The notes beneath the pieces are model-generated. The model did not search any database and was not told where the DNA came from. It saw nothing but the letters and a program-made list of their open reading frames with translations. Shown piece after piece: positions 43,867 through 56,450 of a stretch of 64,000 nt of DNA. Each line of letters opens with the position of its first letter. Within the stretch, counting starts at the first letter, position 1. Source of the stretch: Octopus vulgaris (Eukaryota); assembly GCA_951406725.2 (NCBI GenBank), contig OX597841.1, forward strand, positions 20,956,001-21,020,000, in the 5' to 3' direction. The position numbers and the translations under genes were made by a program.

Positions 43867-44461
43867 CCCTTTCGTTGCCAACCTGGCTGAAACTGGCTCT
43901 GGCTCTGTAGTACAAATGTCTTGTTTCCATAAGTTTTGAATTCAAATCTTCCACCAAACCTTAGTCACAATTTATGTTCCTAACACTAGCTTAATTATAA
44001 CTAAGTTATTTTACTAAAGTCTTTGTTATATTTAAAATAATTGAAAGAAACACAGAGCATCTCAAAATAAATACAGTAATAAAAGGGTTAAGAAGAAAAA
44101 TAATCAGCAGAAGACCTGAGAGATGGAGACCTCAATGTGGTCACTCTATATGCTAGAAACAACAGCCTAATTTCCTTCAATTCGCACCCTCTCAGTTCCT
44201 TCTAATGTCCATCTGCCCAAATGTAGAGGTGTGTTTAACCCATTCGATACCAACCCGGCTGAAACCACCCCTGGCTCTGTAGTACAAATGTCTTCTTTTC
44301 ATAAGTTCTGAATTAAAATCTTCCACCAAACCTAAGTCACAATTTATGTTCCTAACACAAGCTTAATATGATAACGAACTTATTTTACTAAATTCTTTGT
44401 TATATTTAAAGTAATTGAAAGAAACTCAGAGTATCTCAAAATAAATACGATAACGAAAGGG
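43867..44461. mobile_element. Composite MITE-spacer-MITE (piggyBac-type; MITEs at 43867-44087 and 44239-44461)
   Basis: Same two MITEs and same ~150-bp spacer as 31996-32587. Internal TTAA sites are intact; the unit interrupts the hAT ORF after GHEKG. Confidence 0.85.
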
Positions 44462-44659
44462 TTACAGCTTAGATTAAGAATGAATTTAAGAAATGTCTTT
44501 GGGATCCAAAACCTCTGTGCACTGCTTTATTCATACGGAAAGTTTATGTGCAAAATCTCTCAAGATGGGCCTAGTAATGAAAGCTGTAACTAAGGCTATA
44601 AATTTGGTAAAAAGCAAAGGGTTGAATAATACGGAATTTAAAGAATTTTTGAAAGATCT

Positions 44660-44855
44660 CGCATGTGTACCGTTGGCGATTTTTTTTCCTCTGTCTTCCC
44701 TTCTCTGGATCTTTCCTTCTCCTATGTTTCCAACGAAGAGCTTCGCTCGAAACGTTAAACCCTCCTTCTTTCCTTCTTTCCTGAGCGTCCAATAATACTT
44801 TATTTGTTCCACGTCCTCGCATTGTTGCGTTTTTTTTGTGCTTTCTTGTTTGGAT

Positions 44856-44862
<7 letters not shown>
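44660..44862 (+). mobile_element. Penelope-like cassette with a hammerhead motif (44726-44760)
   Basis: GTTT-CCAACGA-A-GAGC-ttc-GCTC-GAAACGTT-AAAC; ends GGATTAAC(TA)n. Confidence 0.65.
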
Positions 44863-44897
<35 letters not shown>

Positions 44898-44902
44898 TAT
44901 AC

Positions 44903-45024
<122 letters not shown>

Positions 45025-45100
45025 GTTTAAATATTTGTTGTGCAAGATTTTTTATGTGAAGTCGTGTGGCTAAACTGGCAATATGACCATTCCGAAATAT

Positions 45101-45190
<90 letters not shown>

Positions 45191-45193
<3 letters not shown>

Positions 45194-45597
45194 CACAGGA
45201 GTGGCTGTGTGGTAAGTAGCTTGTTTACCAACCTCATGGTTCTGGGTTCAGTCCCACTGCGTGGCATCTTGGACAAGTGTCTTCTGCTATAGCCTTGTGC
45301 TGACCAATGCCTTGTGAGTGGATTTGGTAGACGAAAACTGAAAGAAGCCCGTCGTATATATGTATATATGTATATATGCATGTGTGTCTGTGTTTGTCCC
45401 CCTAGCATTGTTTGACAACTGATGCTGGTGTGTTTATGTCCCCGTCACTTAGCGGTTCGGCAAAAGAGTACGATAGAATAAGTACTGGGCTTACAAAAAA
45501 ATAAGCCCCGGGGTCGAGTTGCTCGATTAAAGGCGGTGTTCCAGCATGGCCGCAGTCAAATGACTGAAACAAGTAAAAGAGTAAAAGAGTAAAGAGT
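45191..45597 (+). mobile_element. SINE family A, full length
   Basis: Head-to-tail match, follows (TA)n. Confidence 0.92.
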
Positions 45598-46674
45598 ATA
45601 TATATATATATATAGGTGTAGGCATGGTTGTATGTGGTAAAAAGCTTGCTCTCGAACCACATGGTACCAGGTTCAGTCCCATTGCATGGCACCTTGGGGA
45701 AGTATCTTTTACTATCGCCTCAGGCCAACCAAAGCCTTGTGAGTGGATTTAGTGGACAGAAACTGAAAGAAGCTCATCATCATCATCGTTTAACGTCCGC
45801 TTTCCATGCTGGCATGGGTTGGACGATTTGACTGAGGACTGGCGAACCAGATGGCTGCACCAGGCTCCAATCTTGATCTGACAGATTATATATATATGTG
45901 TGTGTGTGTGTAGGTTGTGTGTCAGACACACAGACACACACACACAGACACACACACACACATACACACACACACACACAGACACACACACACACAGACA
46001 CACACACCTGTCTATCTAACTGTACACCTTCCATCACAAACACCATCAGCTGGAAGGGAATGGGTGGGGTGCTAGCAGATAGGGAACGTGGACCCAGGAG
46101 GGGAGTAAGGCATAGCGCTATGGGGCCACGGCAAGTGGTGGTGGAGTAAGGGGGGATTTCTTTTTTCTCCCTTCAGGCTTCCAGCCTCAGTTAGGAGAGC
46201 CCCCCCCAAATTGTTAAGGGAGAACAATGGAAGAGATGGTGGAGAGGGGGAGGGGGCGTTATAGGGAGGAGGGAACAGGGATAGTCTAACCTTTACCACA
46301 CATACACACACACCAGCTCTTCCATCCACCATCACCACATCACCTCCTAAATGAGTCTAATTTCCTGTGACACATTCATCAGTCACAGCAAGGTGGTGGG
46401 GGGCTGTGGAGGGGGTTCAGTTTAGTGACATCAGTGAATGTGGGGGGGTGACAGCAGTGGAGGGGGGGTGTGCAAATGAGGAAGGGGTGGGGGGGATCAA
46501 AATTAGAACAACAAAAAGAAAAACGAAACTTGTGTGAAGGAGAGAGCAAGGGTTGGGTTAAGAGCTAAAACAAGAGGTTTATGATGATGTGATGGGGTGA
46601 GTACCCTGGTGGCAAATCCCTAGCAGAGGGGGTGGAGATGGAGGAGGGAGAAGGCATAGTGGTATCACTCTCTC

Positions 46675-47081
46675 TCTTTTACTCTTTTACTCGCTTCAGT
46701 CATTTGACTGCGGCCATGCTGGAGCACCGCCTTTTAGTCGAGCAAATCGACCCCGGGAATTATTCTTTGTAAGCCCAGTACTTATTCTATCAGTCTCTTT
46801 TCCCGAACCACTAAGTGACGGGGACGTAAACACACCAGCATCGGTTGTCAAGCTATGCTAGGGGGACAAACACAGACACACAAACATATACACACACATA
46901 CAGATATATATATATACATATATACGACAGGCTTCTTTCAGTTTCCGTCTACCAAATCCACTCACAAGGCTTTGGTCGGCCCGGGGCTATAGCAGAAGAC
47001 ACTTGCCCAAGATGCCACGCAGTGGGACTGAACCCAGAACCATGTGGTTGGTTAGCAAGCTACTTACCACACAGCCACTCT
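46675..47081 (-). mobile_element. SINE family A, full length
   Basis: Head-to-tail match. Confidence 0.92.
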
Positions 47082-47319
47082 TGAAACTTCAGATTATTTC
47101 CCATTCTTAATTGGTGCAACCTTTAATTGCCGTTTGGTAATTATGACATATCCTCTAGAAGCAGACATAATTTTAATAAACCCAGAATTTATGTTGTACG
47201 GTATTTCATAGACCTGTATTTGATAGACATGTCCCTGGTACCTATGCGGCTTTACTCTTGCCTACTTTTTGTTTAATGTGTGTGTGTGTCTGTGTGTGTG
47301 TCTTGTGTTGTATATTTAA

Positions 47320-47699
47320 CTAGCAGTATCGCCCGGCGTTGCTCAGGTTTGTAAGGGAAATAACTATATAAGCACTTTTAGAGATGTAAAGTATAATAGC
47401 CATCTCAATATGGCTAACCACAAAGGGGGGGGGTGTTACTGTAGCTTTTTACTTTCTGAGATTTAATAATAAATTTTTAGAGAGTTACTTCCATTATATA
47501 TGCCAAAAATGCATTAAAAATGGGAAAAATTGATGGTAAATTGTTTTTTAAATCGTAGACTCATCGTAGAAGGGCTCGATATGAATCACGACTATAAGAT
47601 ACCCGCTTTTGGTTAAACTGCACTGCAAAATGTGGGAGTAGCTAGGAATCTAAATCGTAGGAGACAGACAGCACACAACCTCACTTTTATATATAAAGA
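47320..47699 (-). mobile_element. Non-autonomous Helitron (variant interior)
   Basis: Minus strand: A|TCTTTATATATAAAAG ... CCTGAGCAACGCCGGGCGATACTGCTAG|T; shares blocks with 6319-6831. Confidence 0.8.
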
Positions 47700-47933
47700 T
47701 ATGTGACTCTGTCTGTGTATGTACATTGCTTATGTCCATGTATGTGTGTGAGTGTGTACATGTGTGTGTGTTTCAATACATGTGATAATATGTGTAAATG
47801 CGAGTTTATAAATACACGTATGTATATGTATACGTATGTGTGTTAATATATGTACTTACACATATATACATGTATGCATATATATATAGAAACACACACA
47901 CATGTATACACACACACACATATACACATACAT

Positions 47934-48312
47934 GGTGCAGGAGTGGCTGTGTGGTAAGTAGCTTGCTTTCCAACCACATGGTTCCGGGTTCAGTCCCACT
48001 GCGTGGCATCTTGGGCAAGTGTCTTCTGCTATGCCTTGTGAGTGGATTTGGGAGACGGAAACTGAAAGAAGCCCGTTGTATATATGTATGTATATGTATG
48101 TATGTGTTTGTGTGTCTGTGTTTGTCCCCCCAGCATTGCTTGACAACCGATGCTGGTGTGTTTACGTTCCCGTCACTTAGCGGTTTGGCAAAAGAGACCG
48201 ATAGAATAAGTACTGGTCTTACAAAGAAAAAGTCCCGGGGTTGAGTTGCTCGACTAAAGGCGGTGCTCCAGTATGGCCGCAGTCAAATGACTGAAACAAG
48301 TAAAAGAGTAAA
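47934..48312 (+). mobile_element. SINE family A
   Basis: Head-to-tail match with a short internal deletion. Confidence 0.9.
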
Positions 48313-48378
48313 GTGTATACACACACACACACACATATCATCATTATATAACATCTACCTTCTATGTCGGCATGGGTG

Positions 48379-48412
<34 letters not shown>

Positions 48413-48540
48413 TATATATATATACATACACACACAATACATATATTTATTTATTTATTTTTGTATCTAGTTTCAGCTCACGAGTTGTGGCCATGCTGGG
48501 GCACCACCATTTTGCATACACACGCAATATATCTATATAT

Positions 48541-48890
48541 ACCGTGGCATCTTGTTGGTTACGACGACGAGGGTTCCAGTTGATCCAATCAATGGAACAG
48601 CCTGCTCACGAAATTAACGTGCAAGTGGCTGAGTACTCCACAGACACGCGTGCCCTTAACACAGAGTGTGACAAAGCTGGTCCCTCTGAAAATCAGGAAT
48701 GAAGAGCGAGAGAAAATAATGGTGAAAGAGTACAACAGGGTTTCCCATTCCGACCCTCCTACAGAAGCCTTGTGGAGATTTAGGGGTTTTCACTCAATAA
48801 ATACTCACAACGCCCTGTCAGGGAATCGAAACTATGATCCTGCGACCGCGAGTCCACTGCCCTAACCACTGGGCCATTGCGACTCCACAC
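48541..48890 (-). mobile_element. tRNA-derived SINE, family E
   Basis: Minus strand: TGGCCCAGTGGTTAGGGC A-box, GTTTCGATTCCC B-box, body with GCCACTTGCACGTTAA. Confidence 0.65.
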
Positions 48891-49547
48891 ATGGCATATA
48901 TGCAGTATATGCGAGAGCATATGTATGTATAAATGCATCAAGGTCTATAAACATCTGTGTGTGTGTGTATGTATATATATATATATGTGTGTGTATATAT
49001 ATATATCCTACATACATGTATGCAGTATGATTTGTATGCGTTTGTTGATATAAGTTTTTGCTTAGGTAATGGAAAAAAAAGACGTGGTTGCACTTGTTTT
49101 CCTATCTAAAAATATTAGCTCAAGACATACATTTCATATATGCCAGTGCATATATATATATATATATGTGTGTATGTATGTATGTATGTATGTATATATA
49201 TGTATGTATTAAGAATGTATGTATGTATATATATATGTATGTATGTATATATATGTATGTATGTATGTATATGTATATACATATATATATATCTATGTAT
49301 GTATATGCATATATATATGTATGTATATGTATATATATATATCTATATGTATATGCATATATATATGTATGTATATGTATATATATATATCTATATGTAT
49401 ATGCATATATATATGTATGTATATGTATATATATATATGTATGTATATGTATATATATATATCTATATGTATGTATATGCATATATATATGTATGTATAT
49501 GCATATATATATATATCTATATGTATGTATATGCATATATATATGTA

Positions 49548-49598
<51 letters not shown>

Positions 49599-50529
49599 CA
49601 TTCCTCCTCATCTTTGTCACTGCTAGCCAAAACTACTTCCTTTTACACGCGGCCTTCAAACTGTAAAGACACGCATTTGTGTTCCCATGCGCTGCTAGAA
49701 TCTCCTCCGTCTAAGCCAGAAAAAGGCCTTTTCATTTGTTTTCTTGTTTATTTTTATTTCTCATATTGTATTTTCTTTTTATTTCTCGCATTGTATTTTC
49801 TTGTACATGTATTTTTATCTTGTATTTTATTTTGTAGTTTTATTTGTATCGTTTTTACGTCCTGTTTAGTTACATTTTTTTCTTGCTTGTTTTTACCCCT
49901 CTGCGAGTTAATTTCATTTTAATTCTCTCGCAGGAAGGATTAGTTTGGTGAGTCGTGTTCTGTCTTGCCTTCGAAACACGCTGGAGTCGAACTAGTGACA
50001 GCTGATGAAGGGGATTTTTCCTTGTGTAGTATGTCCTGTACTCTGTTTTTCTGTTGTAAAAAAATGGTTTTTCCGTTTTCATTTCTCATTGAGTTCTACG
50101 TCTAGTTGTGGTGTCCTGTACTCACGTATATATATTTATATATGCATGTATATATACATGTAGATGTAGGTACGTACATATATGTTTGTATGTATGCATA
50201 TATTTTATTTATTACACTATATATATATATATATATATATATGATGGGCTTCTTTCAGTTTCCCTCCACCAAATCCACTCACAAGGCTTTAGCTGAATCG
50301 ACGCTATAACAGGAGACACTTGCCCAAGGTACCACACAGTGGGACTGAACCCAGAACCATGTGGTTGGGAAGCAAGCTTCTTACCACACAGCCATGCCTG
50401 CACCTATGTATACACACTCACTCATGCATATATACACTTGCTCAACCATATGTGTCTATGATTGACTGAGTGAAAACGAAACGGTGTTGTGTTTACATTT
50501 GAGATGAATATGACATAGCTTTTTACTGT

Positions 50530-51130
50530 CAAGTTAGTTAGTTAGTTAATTTTTTGGCTCAAAAAGCAAAAAGCAAGGCCATGTAAGGGGACATGGAATT
50601 ATGTACAGGGAGGGTGTTCATGCAAAGAGTTCAGGCTATTTCTGGTCAAGAGAGACTTTGAACCGAGCGGTCGTCGGCATCCTCACCATCTCGTCCGGCA
50701 GCTTATTCCACGGATCTGCAACCCAGACGGAGAAAACCCCTCTCCTTCGATTGAGATGAAATCGTTGCAGATAGAGCTTTTCGGAGTGACCCCGCAGCCG
50801 ACGCTCTGGGGCAGGAGTGAAGAACAGCTCTTTCAAGAGGTTACACTTTCCACTTATGATGTTGTGAGCAAGAATGAGATCACCACGGCGTCGTCGTTTT
50901 TCTAGAGAATAAAGGTCGAGTGTCTTCAGCCTTTCTTCATAAGACAAATTCTTGAGACCAAGAACCATGCGGGTAGCCAGCTTCTGGACTCATTCGAGAT
51001 GCTGTATGTCTTTGAGGAGATAAGGAGAAGAGGCTTGAATCCCATACTCCAATATGGGTCTCACCAGCATGACATAGAGCGGTAGGAATATGGCTGCTGT
51101 GAGCATTCTGAATGACTGTCGAATCAAGAA
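50530..51130 (-). mobile_element. CR1/L2-type LINE 3' end with (AACT)n tail
   Basis: ..LVRPILEYG..SSPY..QKLATRMVLGLKNLSYEERLKTLDLYSLEKRRRRGDLI..RLRGHSEKL..WNKLP, with an internal stop. Confidence 0.85.
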
Positions 51131-51639
51131 CAGCAGAGACTCAGCTGTGCTTGCTTGTGAAACAGGAAAGTGTTGGCGACAGGAAGGGCGTCCGGATGTA
51201 AAAAAAAAGGCAAAAAATAGCTACTGCCTTAGATATAAATACCCAGCTAGTCTTTTGCCAACAGGGTGGCGGGGTGGGGCAGGAAAGGAAATAAACACAA
51301 CGCAGATGAATTGAGAAATATATTCTCTCACACTAAACACACACACATCTGTTTTGCTATTTGTAAATGTGTGTGTGTGTGTATATATCTGTATATATGT
51401 GTATATCTATCTATATATGTGTGTGTGTGTTGTGTGTATATATCTATATATTACACATGTATAAAATATAATTATATACACATGCACATATAGAAAGATA
51501 TAAGCACACATGGTCTGTCTGTATGGATACATGCATACATATATCTTGTGTATCTATCTATCTATCTATCTATATATACATACATGCATATGTACTATAT
51601 ATATATATATTTATATATACATACATGCATGCATATGTA

Positions 51640-51686
<47 letters not shown>

Positions 51687-51799
51687 CATACATGCATGCA
51701 TATGTATTATATATATACATACATATATACATACATGGATGCATACATAATATATACATCTATATATACATGTCAGCTGTTTACAGAATTACTAATAAG

Positions 51800-51887
<88 letters not shown>

Positions 51888-52235
51888 AACATTTACAATA
51901 ACAATAAACCTTATCTCTTATATAAATGTGCCTTGTGTTTATATTTACAATATATCTACCCTCTTGCCACCCCTTTTGTGTGTGTGTGTGTGTGTGTTTG
52001 TGTACAATGTGTATCCATATGTATGTATGTATGTATGTATGTTGGCATACATACATACTTACATATATATATATATATATATGTTTGTATATGTGTATCT
52101 ATGTTTGTAAATGTAAATCTATTCATATGATTATATTTCCAAATATATTTTGCGTGTTTATACATGTGTATATATATAAATATATATAAATATATATATA
52201 TATATTTATATATATACATACACATGCATAAACAC

Positions 52236-52289
<54 letters not shown>

Positions 52290-52340
52290 CATACATACAT
52301 ATATATATATATGTATATATATATATGTATATATATATAT

Positions 52341-52943
52341 ATAATAGAAATATTAAAATTACTAAGTTTCTCTAAAAGAGAACAGCGGCAGCGTTCCCGG
52401 AAAATAATAGTTATCGCCATACTAATATGGCATTCTTATAAAAATAAGAATAAAGCTGTCCGCTTATTAGCTCCATGAGGCCATCGCCTTAAGTTAGCTA
52501 TTTGATACACAAACTGTATCCATATAACCTTCGAACAAGGGAGGTCAGTCGCTCCACACTACTTGACCGGCAGCTACAGACTATTATTTTCCGGGAACGC
52601 TGCCGCTGTTCTCTTTTAGAGAGACTTAGTCATTTTAATATTTCTATTATTGAAAACAAGTGGATGTATTCCACCGAAACTAGGTAAATAAAACCATCGA
52701 ACAGAGATTGTCGGAAGCGACACCTACTGGCTGGCTACGCTGCATTGAAAAGGGGCAATACCCCGAAACGTGTCTGTAGCTGCCGGTCAAGTAGTGTGGA
52801 GCGACTGACCTCCCTTGTTCGAAGGTTATATGGATACAGTTTGTGTATCAAATAGCTAACTTAAGGCGATGGCCTCATGGAGCTAATAAGCGGACAGCTT
52901 TATTCTTATTTTTATAAGAATGCCATATTAGTATGGCGATAAC

Positions 52944-52949
<6 letters not shown>
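52341..52949. mobile_element. Penelope-like cassette with interleaved inverted repeats (A-B-A'-C-B') within (TA)n
   Basis: A 52341-52410 / A' 52581-52650; B 52404-52581 / B' 52772-52949 (essentially perfect). C carries hammerhead motifs. Confidence 0.75.
52739..52780 (+). ncRNA. Type I hammerhead ribozyme with compensatory U3-A8 core
   Basis: GCTGCA-TTGAAAA-GGGG-caata-CCCC-GAAAC-gt-GTC-TGTAGC, with predicted cleavage after 52774. Stem I can extend as CTGGC/GCCGG. Confidence 0.7.
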
Positions 52950-52981
<32 letters not shown>

Positions 52982-53013
52982 TTTATTTAAAGCAGCAGAA
53001 AATTCAACAAAAC

Positions 53014-53051
53014 CTGTTACTCTGAGTTTCGTGTTGCCGTTCATCAGACAG
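53014..53051 (-). ncRNA. Minimal hammerhead ribozyme (same family as 28546-28583)
   Basis: Minus strand: CTGT-CTGATGA-ACGGCAACAC-GAAA-CTC-a-GAG-TA-ACAG. Cassette 52980-53062 ends AATAAAG then (TA)n. Confidence 0.6.
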
Positions 53052-53063
53052 TTTTTGCTAGCA

Positions 53064-54476
53064 AAAAATTGAGAGTATGATAGAAGAAGGCTGGCTCTTC
53101 TTTCTGTAGAAGATAAAATTCAAATCAGACCATGTTAACACCAAAAATTATTTACGTCAAAAAGGTGCTTTTTTTTTCTATAAAATCCCGATTTTTTTAC
53201 GATTTTTTGACTGCTGTGTCTCCATTTTCCGGTGTATTTCAACCAGAAAAATGTCCACTTAAAGAGAATAACAAGCTACATAATGCAACATTTTTACTTT
53301 TCAAAAATTCCAATTCTAAAGGGTCGAAACAAACCCGAGCAATGCCGGGCGATACTGCTAGTCTCTCTATATATAAAGCTGAAGTTGTCTGTGTATGGCA
53401 GGTTTGGTAGCCTTCAACTAACACTATCTGCTCTGAGACCCTGCGGCACAATTTGACCAAAATTGAGAGTATGATAGAAGAAGGCTGGCTCTTCATTCCG
53501 TAGAAGAAAAAATTCAAATCAGACCATGTTAACACCAAACGTTATTTACATCAAAAATCCCTATTTTTTACGATTTTTTGACTGCTGTGTCGCCATTTTT
53601 CGGTGTATTTCAATCAGAAAAATGTTCACTTAAAGAGAATAACAAGCTACATAATGCAAAATTTTTACTTTTCAAAAATTCCAATTCTAAAGGGTCGAAA
53701 CAAACCAGAGCAACGCTGGGCGATGCTGCTAGTCTCTCTATATATAAAGCTGAAGTTGTCTGTGTATGGCAGGTTTGGTAGCCTTCAACTAACACTATCT
53801 GCTCTGAGACCCTTCGGCACAATTTGACCAAAATTGAGAGTATGATAGAAGAAGGCTTGCTCTTCCTTCCATAGAAGAAAAAATTCAAATCAGACCATGT
53901 TAACACCAAACATTATTTACATCAAAAATCCCTATTTTTTACGATTTTTTGACTTCTGTGTCGCCATTTTTCGGTGTATTTCAACCAGAAAAATGTTCAC
54001 TTAAAGAGAATAACAAGCTACATAATGCAAAATTTTTACTTTTCAAAAATTCCAATTCTAAAGGGTCGAAACAAACCAGAGCAACGCTGGGCGATGCTGC
54101 TAGTCTCTCTATATATAAAGCTGAAGTTGTCTGTGTATGGCAGGTTTGGTAGCCTTCAACTAACACTATCTGCTCTGAGACCCTTCGGCACAATTTGACC
54201 AAAATTGAGAGTATGATAGAAGAAAGCTTGCTCTTCCTTCCATAGAAGAAAAAATTCAAATCAGACCATGTTAACACCAAACATTATTTACATCAAAAAT
54301 CCCTATTTTTTTACGATTTTTTTGACTGCTGTGTCGCCATTTTTCGGTGTATTTCAACCAGAAAAATGTTCACTTAAAGAGAATAACAAGCTACATAATG
54401 CAAAATTTTTACTTTTCAAAAATTCCAATTCTAAAGGGTCGAAACGAACCCGAGCAACGCCGGGCAAAACTGCTAA
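53064..54476 (+). mobile_element. Head-to-tail tandem array of non-autonomous Helitrons (~371-bp unit; 3 full plus 1 5'-truncated)
   Basis: CTAG|TC junctions at 53361/2, 53732/3 and 54103/4. Each unit ends with the CC(C/A)GAGCAA(C/T)GC(C/T)GGG hairpin shared with 6319-6831. Confidence 0.85.
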
Positions 54477-54893
54477 TTATTGTTATATGTAGATATAAGA
54501 AAATTTGTTTTTCTCTCTCTCTGTGTGAATGGATTAGCTTATCCAAGCTTGCAACAATAATATCCTGGAGAGGATTGTATTTACTTCAATCTGATTTTTA
54601 TCCAATGTGTATAGCATCCTCATCCCATTCTCTTTATCTCTGTCTCTCTCTCTCCCCCTCTCAGTCCCCCCTACCACCTCCCCCTCTCTCTAATTCTCTG
54701 GTGCAGTCTGTCAGACAAACAGCTGATACACCACCTTAAGCATGTCACTTTCTTAAACATACTGAATGGAAAAATCTCTACATGGTACTTAATCCTGCTA
54801 GAAATAACAGCCAAATTTCTCTAAATCATTCCTTTCTCTTTGTTTGTATGTATGTATGTATGTATGTATGTATGTATGTATGTATGTATGTAT

Positions 54894-55069
54894 AGGCGCA
54901 GGAGTGGCTGTGTGGTAAGTAGCTTGCTAACCAACCACATGGTTCCGGGTTCAGTCCCACTGCGTGGTATCTTGGGCGGGCAAGTGTCTTCTGCTATAGC
55001 CCTGGGCCGACCAATGCCTTGTGAGTGGATTTGGTAGACGGAAACTGAAAGAAGCCTGTCGTATATATG

Positions 55070-55104
<35 letters not shown>

Positions 55105-55290
55105 GTTTGTCCCCTTAGCATTGCTTGACAACCGATGCTGGTGTGTTTATGTCCCCGTCACTTAGCGGTTCGGCAAAAGAGACTGATAGAATAAGTACTG
55201 GGCTTACAAAGAATAAGTCCCGGGGTCGAGTTGCTCGATTAAAGGCGGTGCTCCAGCATGACCACAGTCAAATGACTGAAACAAGTAAAG
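54894..55290 (+). mobile_element. SINE family A, full length
   Basis: Head-to-tail match. Confidence 0.92.
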
Positions 55291-55497
55291 AAAAAAATAT
55301 ATATATATGTATGTATATATATATATGTGTATATATATGTGTATATATATATGCGTATATATGTGTATATATATATGTGTATATATATATGTGTATATAT
55401 ATATGTATATATATATGTATATATATATATGTATATGTATATATATATATATGTATATATATGTATGTATATATATGTATATGTATGTATGTATGTA

Positions 55498-56075
55498 TGA
55501 GCCAATGAGTGAAACCTTTGCTTGGTAGCTTCACCTGCTAGAAATAGCCATCAAATCTCTCTCAAATCAAACGCTATGTATATGTATGCATGAGCCAATG
55601 AGGGAGACCCCTACAATGGTAGCAGGACATGGTTGAAATAGTAGCCAAATGTCCCTCAAATCACACCCTATATGTATGTAATTATGTGTGCATGAGCCAA
55701 TGAGAGAGATCCCTACATGGTAGCAAGACATGGTTGAAATAGTAGCCAAATGTCCCTCAAATCACACCCTATATGTATGTAATTATGTGTGCGTGAGCCA
55801 ATGAGAAGATCCCTACATGGTAGCAAGACATGGTTGAAATAGTAGCCAAATGTCCCTCAAATCACACCCTATATGTATGTAATTATGTGTGCATGAGCCA
55901 ATGAGGGAGACCCTTACAATGGTAGCAAGACATGGTTGAAATAGTAGCCAAAAGTCCCTCATATCACACCCTATATGTATGTAATTATGTGTGCATGAGC
56001 CAATGAGAGAGATCCCTACATGGTAGCTACATGTGGTAGGAATTCTAGCCATATCTTATTCAAATATCACACCCT
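55498..56075. repeat. ~101-bp minisatellite, 5-6 units
   Basis: TGAGCCAATGAG...GAAATAGTAGCCAAATGTCCCTCAAATCACACC recurring at 55591, 55693, 55794, 55894 and 55996. Confidence 0.9.
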
Positions 56076-56450
56076 GATGTCTTATATCTCAGTCACGTGT
56101 ATATGTGGTGGAACATCAAAACCTAGTTGTTTGAGGTGCTGTGCAGTGGGATTGAACCGAGAAACTCTTGAATGCACTGCTGCGACTCCACCATTGAAGG
56201 ACTGGACCCAGTTATTGATGAAGGACACGTGATGACTGAGATTAAAGAGTTATGTTGATGAGAAGAGCTGAGGATCAGGGTAGACACGGGTGGTGCTGGT
56301 ACGGATGTAGCTAAACCATTGGAGCAGAGGTTGTTGTAGTAGTGGTGGAAAAGACCGGAGGAGGAGACACAGTGTTGTCTGTGGGGGTAATGTGGTGGTG
56401 GTCATTAGGTAGTGTAGTGTGATGGAAGATGCGTTGTGGTAGTGGGACTG

